DNA from: a virus
IMG/VR virus record: IMGVR_UViG_3300037424_000898
Span: 1-64,000 of that record
Length of the DNA: 64,000 bases
Strand: one strand, 5' to 3'
The translations under genes and the position numbers were made by a program. Numbering within the stretch: position 1 is the stretch's first letter; each line of letters starts with the position of its first letter. Shown piece by piece: positions 16,852-25,602 of the stretch. Below the pieces are notes generated by a model. That model did no database searches. It worked only from the letters and a program-made list of their open reading frames with translations, and was not told where the DNA came from.

Positions 16852-19041
16852 ATGGCCTTCACCATCGAGAGTTCACGCTACGTGACGGATGGTTCCTGGG
16901 GGGCGCCGTTTGTCTGGGCAGACGGCACCTTCGGCGTCATTCGGGTCGCGGCAAACTCGAAGACCATCTACTGCGAGGACGAAAGCGGCAGTGTCATCTG
17001 GCGGACGGATATCGAGGCGGGTGTCAGTTTCGTCCGGGCCGCGTGCTCGTCGTCGAACGCGGTCCTGGTGGTCGGCTCCTCGCTGCCGACTGGGACCGTC
17101 CAGATCCTCGTCGTGACCAATGGCGGGGCCGTGACGCGCATTCTGAACGGCATCGCCTACGGCCCGATGCTCTGCGCGTGGGACGACGACGGCTGGACTG
17201 TGGACATTCAGCGGACAGCCACGACGTATGACCATGTGCGCTACAGCGCGGCGGGTGCGCTGGTCTCGACTGACGCGCGAGGCACGGTGTCTGGGGCTGG
17301 TTTCGGAAGCTACAGCTACAACGGCACGCCCCTGATTGCCGCGACGAGCGATTCCGTGCCGATCAGTGACGGGCGCACGTTGACCAGCACGCGGCGGATC
17401 CCAGACATCGTGGTGGGCATCGTCTCGAGCACCGCCGGGACCATTGCAATCGAGGTAGACGGGGAGACGACCACACTCAATCTGGCGGCGACGCTGGCCG
17501 ATCCGCAGGTCGCCGGCACGGCCGACCGCCTCATCGTGACGGCGGCGACGGCTCAGGGCTTCTACGTCGGCATCGTGGCGCACGATCTGCCGGACGCCAC
17601 AGTCGAGATGTTCACAGAACGCACGGGGCTCTGGTGCGGGTATGTCGGGGCCATCACGGATCGCTACGGCGATGCCGATGATCTGGACCTGAGCGCGACC
17701 TGCACGGTCATCGTGGATGAAACCGGGGCCTCCCCAAACGACCCGGCGGCCAAGGCGGCGCGCACCTCGCTCCCGATCATCGCGGACCTGTTGACGCTGC
17801 CCGGTGTGCCGGCCGATCAACTCCTGGCGGTCTGGCTCGATGCGACGAGCGAGGCGGCGCTTCTGAGCGCGGCGGCTTCGGCGGCGGCGGGCGCGGCAAT
17901 CGGTCTCCCAATCGTCGGCAACTGCGATGGCTTCATGCCGTCCGGCGCCTTGGCGAACATCGACTATCTCGGGATCGAAGTCTACCCGTTGACGACGACC
18001 GAGACGCCGGCCGCAGTCCAGGTGCGAGTACAGGCGGCCTTGACGGCTCTCGGGCCGACGGTGCCGGTCGTGCTGATCGGCAACGCCTACGACCACTCCG
18101 GGGACGGCTTCTCCAGTTGGTATCAGGGCGACCTGATCGGCTTGACGACCATCGTGCCGGATTTGATGCGCGCGAACGTGGGTGTGCAGGGGGTCCTCTG
18201 GTTCAACGCCATGCGGCCCTCGGGGCTCATCAATCACCCGGCGCTGATTCCCTACTGCAACGCCGTCTACGACGCCATCCCGGACGCCGAACCGTCCGGA
18301 TCTTCGGATGGCGACGAGTCGGGCAGTGAGACGTTTCCCGGCATGGGGCCGCTCGACCCTTACAAGGTGAAGGTGCTCCCGCCGATTCGGGATCCCGTGA
18401 CGGATGTGAAGGGCGAGGACCGGGCCACGCGGCAGTATCAACGCTGGTTTCTCGACATCCAGCGCCGGCTCGATACGACGCCGACCATTGTGACGGGCTA
18501 CCACGGCGAGCGGCCGTTGATTGACAGTGTGCCGAAGGGGACGCTGTTCTTCGACCGGTCGCGGTGGGTGTTCTATATCGCCTTGGAGGACGGCTGGCAC
18601 TGGGCGACGGGGATCATGATGGCGCGATTCGGAGACGTACTGGTGGCCTCTGGTGGAGGCGGGACGACACCGCCGACGCCGCCGACACCGCCCACGCCGG
18701 GCGATGCCCAAGCGCCGGACATGCTCACGACGCTACAGGCGGTCTACGACGCGGGCACGTGGGATCTGTCAGAGGCGAACGAGGACGCGGCGGACGGACG
18801 GGGCGCGTTCGTGGAAGTGGCGGTCGAGGCGCTCCACGCGCTCGATCCGAACTGGGGGCACGTCCGGAAGGACGGCGCGCAGAACCAGTACAACGGTCAT
18901 GCCGTGGACGCGATCAACTGGAAGCGACCGGACGGCCTGACATCCGAAATCTACGATGTCGTCGGCGGGTCCGGCGATCTCGTCTGGAACTTCATCGACG
19001 CCTCGGCAGCGAACCTGGCGCTTTGGTACTTTCCGGCATAG
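16852..19041 (+). CDS. Tail fibre / spike-like structural protein
   Basis: 729 aa with GGAG upstream. It has a TPPTPPTPPTP linker and the motif GTLFFDRSRWVFYIALEDGWHWATG, which is common in fibre proteins. The central region may be a TIM-barrel-like glycosidase (weak evidence). Confidence 0.65.
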   Translation: MAFTIESSRYVTDGSWGAPFVWADGTFGVIRVAANSKTIYCEDESGSVIWRTDIEAGVSFVRAACSSSNAVLVVGSSLPTGTVQILVVTNGGAVTRILNGIAYGPMLCAWDDDGWTVDIQRTATTYDHVRYSAAGALVSTDARGTVSGAGFGSYSYNGTPLIAATSDSVPISDGRTLTSTRRIPDIVVGIVSSTAGTIAIEVDGETTTLNLAATLADPQVAGTADRLIVTAATAQGFYVGIVAHDLPDATVEMFTERTGLWCGYVGAITDRYGDADDLDLSATCTVIVDETGASPNDPAAKAARTSLPIIADLLTLPGVPADQLLAVWLDATSEAALLSAAASAAAGAAIGLPIVGNCDGFMPSGALANIDYLGIEVYPLTTTETPAAVQVRVQAALTALGPTVPVVLIGNAYDHSGDGFSSWYQGDLIGLTTIVPDLMRANVGVQGVLWFNAMRPSGLINHPALIPYCNAVYDAIPDAEPSGSSDGDESGSETFPGMGPLDPYKVKVLPPIRDPVTDVKGEDRATRQYQRWFLDIQRRLDTTPTIVTGYHGERPLIDSVPKGTLFFDRSRWVFYIALEDGWHWATGIMMARFGDVLVASGGGGTTPPTPPTPPTPGDAQAPDMLTTLQAVYDAGTWDLSEANEDAADGRGAFVEVAVEALHALDPNWGHVRKDGAQNQYNGHAVDAINWKRPDGLTSEIYDVVGGSGDLVWNFIDASAANLALWYFPA

Positions 19042-19054
19042 GGGCGAGGAGCAG

Positions 19055-20239
19055 ATGGCGACGTCTCCGCTCATTCGGAATCCGTGGAGCCCGACGACGA
19101 TCAACGGCTGGTGGCCGCAAGTGTCGCCCGACGGGTTGTATGTGGCCTACGGAAACGGAACCGTCTACATCGCGGACCTCGCCACGGGAACCGAACACTA
19201 CGTTGGCACGGGTCGTCCGATGGGCTGGTACGGGGCGACGACGCTGTACATCCTCGAAGAACTGGATCCGAACGACAGTGTCAACACGACGCAACTCTTC
19301 TCCGTGGAAGTCGGGACGTGGACGAAGGTGAATCTGGGCATCAGCTACGCGCACGCGGCGGCCAACAGCTACGCAGCGGTCTCTGGGCATTGGGGGACGT
19401 GGCTCACAACGGGACTCCGGATTGTCTATGACGATGTGGTGATTCGGGCGGGGGACGCGTACGGGCTGGCAATGGCGGGCGACTATCTGATCACGCATCG
19501 GATGAGCGATTGGACCATTCAGGTCTACAAGAACGGCGTGTTTCAGCGCAGCATCGCGCAACTCGACGAGGACTACTTCTTTGCGGTGTCGGAGTCGGGC
19601 TGGGTCGCGTATCAGGGCGTCAAGGGCATCTATGTCTCGCCGCCGACCGGCCCACAGCATCGCATCAGTGCGGCGGTCGAAGGGCAATGGCAGAACCTCG
19701 GCCCGCTCGTGGAGAAGAACGGCAAGACGTGGGTGTTCTCGGGCGGCGGACCGGGCAACAACGCGGCCGTCTCCTACGTCTGGGGCCGCAACGCCGCGAT
19801 GACGGACCCGGCCTCACAGATCACGGTGTCGAGTCTGGGGCCGCTCTGGCTGTCGATTGTCTCGATTGATTCGGGATGGGTCATTGGGGGGACATCGGAT
19901 ACGGGCACGCTGTATGTGCATTGGACGGTTGGCGGCGGTTCTTCGAGCATCCCGACGGACCTCGGGCTGAACGATGTCGGGTTCTTGCTGTTCGTGGCGG
20001 ACTACAACCATTTACTCAGGTGGAACGGCATGGCGTGGGAGTTTGCGCCCGGGGACAACGGGAATGGCTACGTTGTGCAGGCGGCCGCGCTACCGGCCCC
20101 GTATGGATGGGTATTATCGAGTGGGGCTCAGACGACCAAGCTCACGCTGGGGACGCGCGTGACGGCGACCCGAGTGACGACGCCGGCCTTGACCACGGTC
20201 ACGGCGACGACGGCGCTCAAGTGGTATTACCGGAGGTAG
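19055..20239 (+). CDS. Tail fibre / receptor-binding candidate (propeller-like N-terminus, tail-collar-like C-terminus)
   Basis: ATG after GGGGCGAGGAG. Contains a PD40-like SPDGLYVAY motif. The C-terminal LLRWNGMAWEFAPGDNGNGYVV...PAPYGWVLSSG resembles phage tail collar domains. Confidence 0.6.
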   Translation: MATSPLIRNPWSPTTINGWWPQVSPDGLYVAYGNGTVYIADLATGTEHYVGTGRPMGWYGATTLYILEELDPNDSVNTTQLFSVEVGTWTKVNLGISYAHAAANSYAAVSGHWGTWLTTGLRIVYDDVVIRAGDAYGLAMAGDYLITHRMSDWTIQVYKNGVFQRSIAQLDEDYFFAVSESGWVAYQGVKGIYVSPPTGPQHRISAAVEGQWQNLGPLVEKNGKTWVFSGGGPGNNAAVSYVWGRNAAMTDPASQITVSSLGPLWLSIVSIDSGWVIGGTSDTGTLYVHWTVGGGSSSIPTDLGLNDVGFLLFVADYNHLLRWNGMAWEFAPGDNGNGYVVQAAALPAPYGWVLSSGAQTTKLTLGTRVTATRVTTPALTTVTATTALKWYYRR

Positions 20240-20240
20240 C

Positions 20241-21170
20241 GTGATCCGAGAAGCGACGGCGAAAGATGCAGAACAGATCGTGGCGCTCGTCATGCGCTTC
20301 GGAGCCGAGCGTGGCCATCGAGACGAGATGACAAGTCGGCCTGAATTGCTAATGTCAGTGCTGCGAAGAACCCTTGGGTCGCCAGATGGAACGGTGTTTG
20401 TGTCGGATCGGGACGGTCAGGTAATCGGAGTTATTGCGCTGTGTCTCATTCGTCACCCTCTCTCCTACGAACTGTCGGCCACGGAACTCGTGTGGTTTGT
20501 TGCGCCAGAACATCGGGGGCATGGGCTGCGGTTGTTGCGTGCGGCCGAGGAATGGGCGATTCGGCAGGGCGCAACTCGGCTGTCGCTCGTCGCGCCAACT
20601 ACTCAGACCGAACGCATTTATGGTCGCTTGGGTTATCGGGCGATGGAGCCCATATTCATTCGCGAATTGCCATTGCCATCGGTACGCTTTAGGCCAATGA
20701 CCCTAGACGACAGTGCGCTTGTGTGGGCGTGGTTGTGGCAACAGCCTCAGTGGAACGTTGACGATGGTAGTCCTAAAACGCTAGAGGAGTTTCGGGTTGG
20801 ATTGGAGCAGCGATTCGCGGCAAACGAATCAGCGCGCATTGTCCTGTGGCCCGATAACGAACCATGCGGTGTGGTCGGATTTAGTGATATGGGGCACGGT
20901 GTCGGAATGTTTCGCGGTGTGTGTTTTGACGAAGCGGTGCATGGACGAGGGATTGCTCGCGCAGCGATAGCGCAGATGCTTTCCAGTTGGTTCGACGGGG
21001 GATACAGGAAGGTCGTTGCGGCGTTCTTTGCTCATAACCAACGAATTGCGCGCATCTTCCGCAGGCTCGGAGCGGTCGGCGAAGGATTGCTTGTAGCCCA
21101 AGTGAAACAGCAAGGGCATCCGATCGACATGCAGTTGGTGGCATTTTTCAAGCCAGAAAGCAAGGGGTAA
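20241..21170 (+). CDS. Tandem double-GNAT N-acetyltransferase
   Basis: Two GNAT-like halves are present (...VWFVAPEHRGHGLRLLRAAEEWAIRQGATRLSL... and ...VCFDEAVHGRGIARAAIAQMLSSWFDGGYRKVVAAFFAHNQRIARIFRRLG...). The gene is visibly less GC-rich than the flanking late genes. Confidence 0.7.
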   Translation: MIREATAKDAEQIVALVMRFGAERGHRDEMTSRPELLMSVLRRTLGSPDGTVFVSDRDGQVIGVIALCLIRHPLSYELSATELVWFVAPEHRGHGLRLLRAAEEWAIRQGATRLSLVAPTTQTERIYGRLGYRAMEPIFIRELPLPSVRFRPMTLDDSALVWAWLWQQPQWNVDDGSPKTLEEFRVGLEQRFAANESARIVLWPDNEPCGVVGFSDMGHGVGMFRGVCFDEAVHGRGIARAAIAQMLSSWFDGGYRKVVAAFFAHNQRIARIFRRLGAVGEGLLVAQVKQQGHPIDMQLVAFFKPESKG

Positions 21171-21174
21171 GTCA

Positions 21175-22455
21175 ATGCCAATGCTCGCGTTGGGTGTCGG
21201 TTCTATTGGGGTGGGACTGTATCGTAGCCACAAGCAGGCTGGAGCCGCCAAAGACGCTGCCGCAACGCAGGCTGCCAGCGCTGACAAGGCCATCAATCTG
21301 CAACGACAGATGTGGCAACAGCAGCAGGCAAATATGGCGCCGTGGTTGCGGACTGGCGGCGGGGCAATGGGCCAGATGGGCGCACTCATGGGTATCACGC
21401 CGTGGGGCGGCCCCGTGGGTGGACCGTCGGTGTCTGGGACGCAAGCTCCAATGTCGGCGGCGTTCGCCAGCGGGATGGTTTCGGCGATGCCGCGGTATCC
21501 CGGCGCTGGTACCGCCATTCCTCCAGGCGGCAGTGCGGCCTCGCCCGGAGTGCAATTAGGCAGCGTTGGCTTGGGAACGACCGCGCCAGAGCGGCCGGAT
21601 GTGGTTGCAAACGCATCAACATACCCGACAACCATCGCCGATGGCGGCGTACAACCGGCTGGCGTGGGACAGCCGACTGCAGGCATTGAGACCACCGGCC
21701 AGGGCATCAACGAGCGGGGTTCAGCAATCAGTGGTGCGCTTCAGGGACTGAATAAAGTGGGGGGGCGTGTGGCGCGGGGCCTCGGGGGGCTCGCGGCTGG
21801 CGTGACGTCCGGAAGTACATCGCCCACGGCTCCCCCACAAGAGGAGGCTGGCACTTCCGATCCGTATGCGGGCATGACCGTCACGGATCCTGGTTACGGC
21901 GTACCGCCCGCCTTTACCCCGCAGGGTTATCCGCTCGTGCCGACCGGGATGGAGGCTTGGGGCACTCCATTCCAGGCTCCGACGCTCAACGAGACGAACG
22001 ATCCCGGCTACCAGTTCCGGATGCAGCAAGGGCAAAAGGCCATCGAACGGTCGGCCTCGGCGCGCGGCACGCTGAACACGGGCGGCACGATGAAGGCCGT
22101 CGCCCGATACGGGCAGGACTACGCCTCGAACGAGTACGACAAGGTCTACGGTCGGGCACTTGGGGAGTACCAGCAGGCCTACAACATCTTCGGTAACAAC
22201 CAGTCGAATCGTTGGAATCGCCTGGCTTCATTGTCGGGCATGGGCCAAACCGCCGCCACCAACCTCGGCACATGGGGCGGCCAGTACGGCGCGAACGTGG
22301 GGAATCTCTATACACAACAAGGGAATGTACTGGCGGCTGGGCAAGTCGGAGCAGCAAACGCTTGGAACGCCGGGACCGGAAATGCCACCAACAGCGCCAT
22401 CGACCTGTACTCGCTCTGGCGTGCCAATCGGCCACAGAGCAGTTCGTATCTGTAG
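21175..22455 (+). CDS. Putative internal virion / ejection protein 1
   Basis: N-terminal hydrophobic segment and Gly/Ala/Gln-rich composition. Conserved-looking C-terminus NDPGYQFRMQQGQKAIERSASARGTLNTGG...YDKVY. The position matches that of the P22 ejection genes. Confidence 0.55.
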   Translation: MPMLALGVGSIGVGLYRSHKQAGAAKDAAATQAASADKAINLQRQMWQQQQANMAPWLRTGGGAMGQMGALMGITPWGGPVGGPSVSGTQAPMSAAFASGMVSAMPRYPGAGTAIPPGGSAASPGVQLGSVGLGTTAPERPDVVANASTYPTTIADGGVQPAGVGQPTAGIETTGQGINERGSAISGALQGLNKVGGRVARGLGGLAAGVTSGSTSPTAPPQEEAGTSDPYAGMTVTDPGYGVPPAFTPQGYPLVPTGMEAWGTPFQAPTLNETNDPGYQFRMQQGQKAIERSASARGTLNTGGTMKAVARYGQDYASNEYDKVYGRALGEYQQAYNIFGNNQSNRWNRLASLSGMGQTAATNLGTWGGQYGANVGNLYTQQGNVLAAGQVGAANAWNAGTGNATNSAIDLYSLWRANRPQSSSYL

Positions 22456-22464
22456 AGACATGCC

Positions 22465-24318
22465 ATGCTCAACCCACAGATTCCGCTCTCCGTCGATCCG
22501 CCGGCCAAGATTCAGTCGCCGCTCGACTCGATGGTCAAGGTCCAGACGCTCAAGGCGCTGACTTTGGAGCAGGAGCAGCGACAACTGGACCTGCAGGCCA
22601 AGGTGCAGGCCGCGCAGGATGATGCCGCGGTGCGCGCCGCGTTCCAGATGCACGGCGAAGACATGGACGCGATCCTCGACACGCTCAGCCGGACGTCCAA
22701 GGGCGGCTACATGTCCGTCCGCAAGTTCCTGACGGAGCAGCAGGCGGCGCAGGCCAAGACGGCGACGGAGCAGTACAAGCTCTTTCAGACGCGCCTTGAC
22801 ACGGCCGCGCGCATCCTGCAGGGCGTGAACGACGAAGGGAGCTTCCAGGCCGCACTGCCGGCCGTGACAAGCGTGATTGGCCCGGAACTCGCGTCCCAGC
22901 TGGGGACGAACTACGACCCTGGCCGGATCGAACAGGCGTTGAACTGGGGGCTGGAGGCGAACCAGTACGCGACGAAGATGCACCAGGGCGCCCAGTTGGC
23001 GCTCGATGCGATGAAGGCCGGGCCGGACAGCGAGTCGAAGTGGCGGGAATCCATCGCCACGACATTCTCGGCTACGAAGAGCGACGAGCAGTGGCAGCAG
23101 TTGCTTCAGATGTACCGGGCGGTTGCGCCGGGCAACCCGATGCTGAAGCAGTTGCTCTCGACGATTCCGGCGGGCTACTCGCCAGAGGCGGCGCAGCAGA
23201 TTGCGCTCATGGGTGTGTCGCCGGAGAAGCGGACAGAGGAGGCGCGGCTGGCGGTATCGCAGGCTGAGGCAATGCGCCACAACCGGGCGACTGAGGCAAT
23301 TTCGGCAGGGCAGTTGGGTGTGGCGAAGGCGCGACTCGGTCTCGACGCGCAGATGTACCAGGTGGGCGCCGTTGGTGCAGATGTTGGATTGGGCGAAGAG
23401 GCGCTCAAGGGCCTGAGTCCACAGGAAGCCAATCTCATCAAGAAGATCGCCAACTATCAGATTGCCTTGCCTGTTGGCATTGCGACCTCGCGCGAACCTT
23501 GGGTCACGCGCTTAACTCGGGCTGCCGCCTATGACCCGACGTTCGACCAGACGCAGTATCAGGCTCGCCAACGGCTGCGAATCAGCTTCCAGTCACAAGG
23601 GAAACCGGCCGACAACATCCGGTCGCTCAATACCGCCGTGGGGCATCTGGCGACTCTGAAGCAGAAGGCGGAGGCGCTTCAGAATGCGCCGGTAACGGTA
23701 TGGAACACCGTCAAGAACTACGGTCTCGGCCAGACTGGCGACAAACGGATTGTGGAGTTCAACAGTGCGGCAACCGCCGTGGCCGACGAGCTCGCCACGC
23801 TGTTCAAGGGCACGGCTGGAACTGACGAACAGATCAAGGCGTGGCGGGCCACGCTGAATAGCAGTATGTCGCCGGAGCAGTTGCGCGGGGCGATCGATAC
23901 GGCCATCGAACTGACGGGGTCGAGGCTTGAGGCACTGACCAATCAGTACGAAGTCGGCATGGGCAAGCCGAAGGATTTTCGGATTCTGTATCCGAAATCC
24001 CAGCAAATTCTGAAGTCACTGGGAATTGACGCCAACAAGCTCGATCCGGTCGCTTCGCCGAACAAACAGACATCTCCGCCGCCGGCTGGCGGAGCGCCAG
24101 GCACGCCAACCCTACGCTTCAATCCGCAGACTGGGAAGGTCGAGCCGGTCGGTGGGCAGACCGCGACGGCGCCGACGCAGGCTCCAACTCCGGCAGCGGG
24201 CGGCGTGCCGCCAGCCGTTGCGGCTGTGCTCCAAGGTGCGACGCCTGGGCGTCACACGCTCTCTGATGGGTCGGTCTGGCAGAAGGACCAGAACGGCCGG
24301 ATCACGCGGATCAAGTAG
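22465..24318 (+). CDS. Putative internal virion / ejection protein 2
   Basis: 617-aa ORF, helical and Ala/Gln-rich, in the same frame as its neighbours. Confidence 0.5.
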   Translation: MLNPQIPLSVDPPAKIQSPLDSMVKVQTLKALTLEQEQRQLDLQAKVQAAQDDAAVRAAFQMHGEDMDAILDTLSRTSKGGYMSVRKFLTEQQAAQAKTATEQYKLFQTRLDTAARILQGVNDEGSFQAALPAVTSVIGPELASQLGTNYDPGRIEQALNWGLEANQYATKMHQGAQLALDAMKAGPDSESKWRESIATTFSATKSDEQWQQLLQMYRAVAPGNPMLKQLLSTIPAGYSPEAAQQIALMGVSPEKRTEEARLAVSQAEAMRHNRATEAISAGQLGVAKARLGLDAQMYQVGAVGADVGLGEEALKGLSPQEANLIKKIANYQIALPVGIATSREPWVTRLTRAAAYDPTFDQTQYQARQRLRISFQSQGKPADNIRSLNTAVGHLATLKQKAEALQNAPVTVWNTVKNYGLGQTGDKRIVEFNSAATAVADELATLFKGTAGTDEQIKAWRATLNSSMSPEQLRGAIDTAIELTGSRLEALTNQYEVGMGKPKDFRILYPKSQQILKSLGIDANKLDPVASPNKQTSPPPAGGAPGTPTLRFNPQTGKVEPVGGQTATAPTQAPTPAAGGVPPAVAAVLQGATPGRHTLSDGSVWQKDQNGRITRIK

Positions 24319-25593
24319 ATGCCGACACCGCAAGGTCTGTCCATCGTCAAGAGCGAGCCGCTGGAGCAGGCGGGCCTGAGCATCATCAGCTCAGAGCCGT
24401 TGTCGCTGGCGACCGCGCAGGAGATGAGCGCACACGCGCCGACTGGCGGGCGTCCGCCGGTCATGCAGGCCCGTGGCGTGACGGACCCGGCGTCCGTGCG
24501 GGTAACGGAGCCTCCGCCGCCCGAACCGCCCGTCCAGACCGCCGACTCCTTCTTCAACGCGAAAACGGGCCGATGGACTCGGCGCGTCCCGTTTGGACAG
24601 GGCGCCTTGGACAAGGGACCGCAGCAGATCGGCCGTGGGCTCGAAACGCTGGCGTCCGTCCGGAGCGTGCCGAAGACACAGGCTGAGCGCGATGTCGTCT
24701 ACGGCGCGGTGTCGGATGTCATCCAGGGCACGTTCAAGACGGCCGCGCCAACCTTGCCGGCTGCCTTGCTTGCGAGCCCTGTTGGGACCGTGTTCGTGGT
24801 GGCGAGTGCCATGTTGGCCGGAAAGACGGCCGAGGAAGCGACAGAACTTGCCGGCGGGAGCCCGAAGGCGCAGGAGGCGTCAAGGGACGTGGCGGCGCTC
24901 ATGGCCGGAGGATGGGGCGCGAAGAAGGTGCTGACCTCGGCGCGCGGCGGGATCCGGAAGCTGGCGAACGACGCTCGTGCGGTCAAGGCGGTCAAGGAGC
25001 GGTGGGCGACGGAGGCGACGGGTGGAAAGCAGCCCGAAGGCCCGCGCGCCTTGCCAGAGGCGGAGCCGGTCGCCGCGGCACTTCAGACCGCGCTGGAACA
25101 GCCTGCGCCGACCGCGCCACGGCTCGTCAGGCCACAGGCTGGATCGAGGGCACCCATTGCCCTGCCGGGCGAAGTAGCAGCGCCACAGGCCCCGCCAGCC
25201 CTGTCCATCGTCAAGTCTGAGCCAGTGGCGGACGTGGTAACGAGTGAAGTTACTCAAGTTCCGGAGGCGCCTTCTGCGGTCGAGGCCGCTGTTCCTCCCA
25301 GTGCGCCCGCCAGCGAGACGCCTCCGGCCGTTACCGAAGCGCCCAATGCAGAACGACCCTACACCTCCGACGAGGAAGCCGGACTCCGGGCATGGGCCGA
25401 GGGCCGAGCCTACATTGACGGTGCCGGGAACTACCGAATGCACAGCAAGGAAATGGCGGCTGGCGTGCCAGTGTATCGCGGCAAAGGCCCAATTGCGCCG
25501 TGGAACAAGGCGGCAAAAGCGCGATTCCGAAACAGCGATGAATTACATCAGGCGGCGAAGGCTTACGCGCCCAACCCGACTCGACGCAAGTAG
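24319..25593 (+). CDS. Putative internal virion / ejection protein 3
   Basis: 424 aa, Ala/Pro-rich. The peptide LSI(V/I)(K/S)SEP occurs three times. Confidence 0.5.
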   Translation: MPTPQGLSIVKSEPLEQAGLSIISSEPLSLATAQEMSAHAPTGGRPPVMQARGVTDPASVRVTEPPPPEPPVQTADSFFNAKTGRWTRRVPFGQGALDKGPQQIGRGLETLASVRSVPKTQAERDVVYGAVSDVIQGTFKTAAPTLPAALLASPVGTVFVVASAMLAGKTAEEATELAGGSPKAQEASRDVAALMAGGWGAKKVLTSARGGIRKLANDARAVKAVKERWATEATGGKQPEGPRALPEAEPVAAALQTALEQPAPTAPRLVRPQAGSRAPIALPGEVAAPQAPPALSIVKSEPVADVVTSEVTQVPEAPSAVEAAVPPSAPASETPPAVTEAPNAERPYTSDEEAGLRAWAEGRAYIDGAGNYRMHSKEMAAGVPVYRGKGPIAPWNKAAKARFRNSDELHQAAKAYAPNPTRRK

Positions 25594-25602
25594 GAGCGAC
25601 TG

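Noticed and set aside
12618-18711. Very long minus-strand ORFs antisense to structural genes, for example 12618-13709, 14030-14653 and 16873-18711
   Set aside because: - Their Arg/Pro/Gly-rich composition is typical of antisense frames in GC-rich DNA.
- They overlap strongly supported + strand genes with recognisable motifs.
- They lack RBSs.
- The Asp/Gly/Glu repeat ORF at 14030-14653 is just the reverse complement of the Ser-X tract.

The same reasoning applies to other long antisense ORFs outside this span, such as 22228-23280 and 58487-59869.
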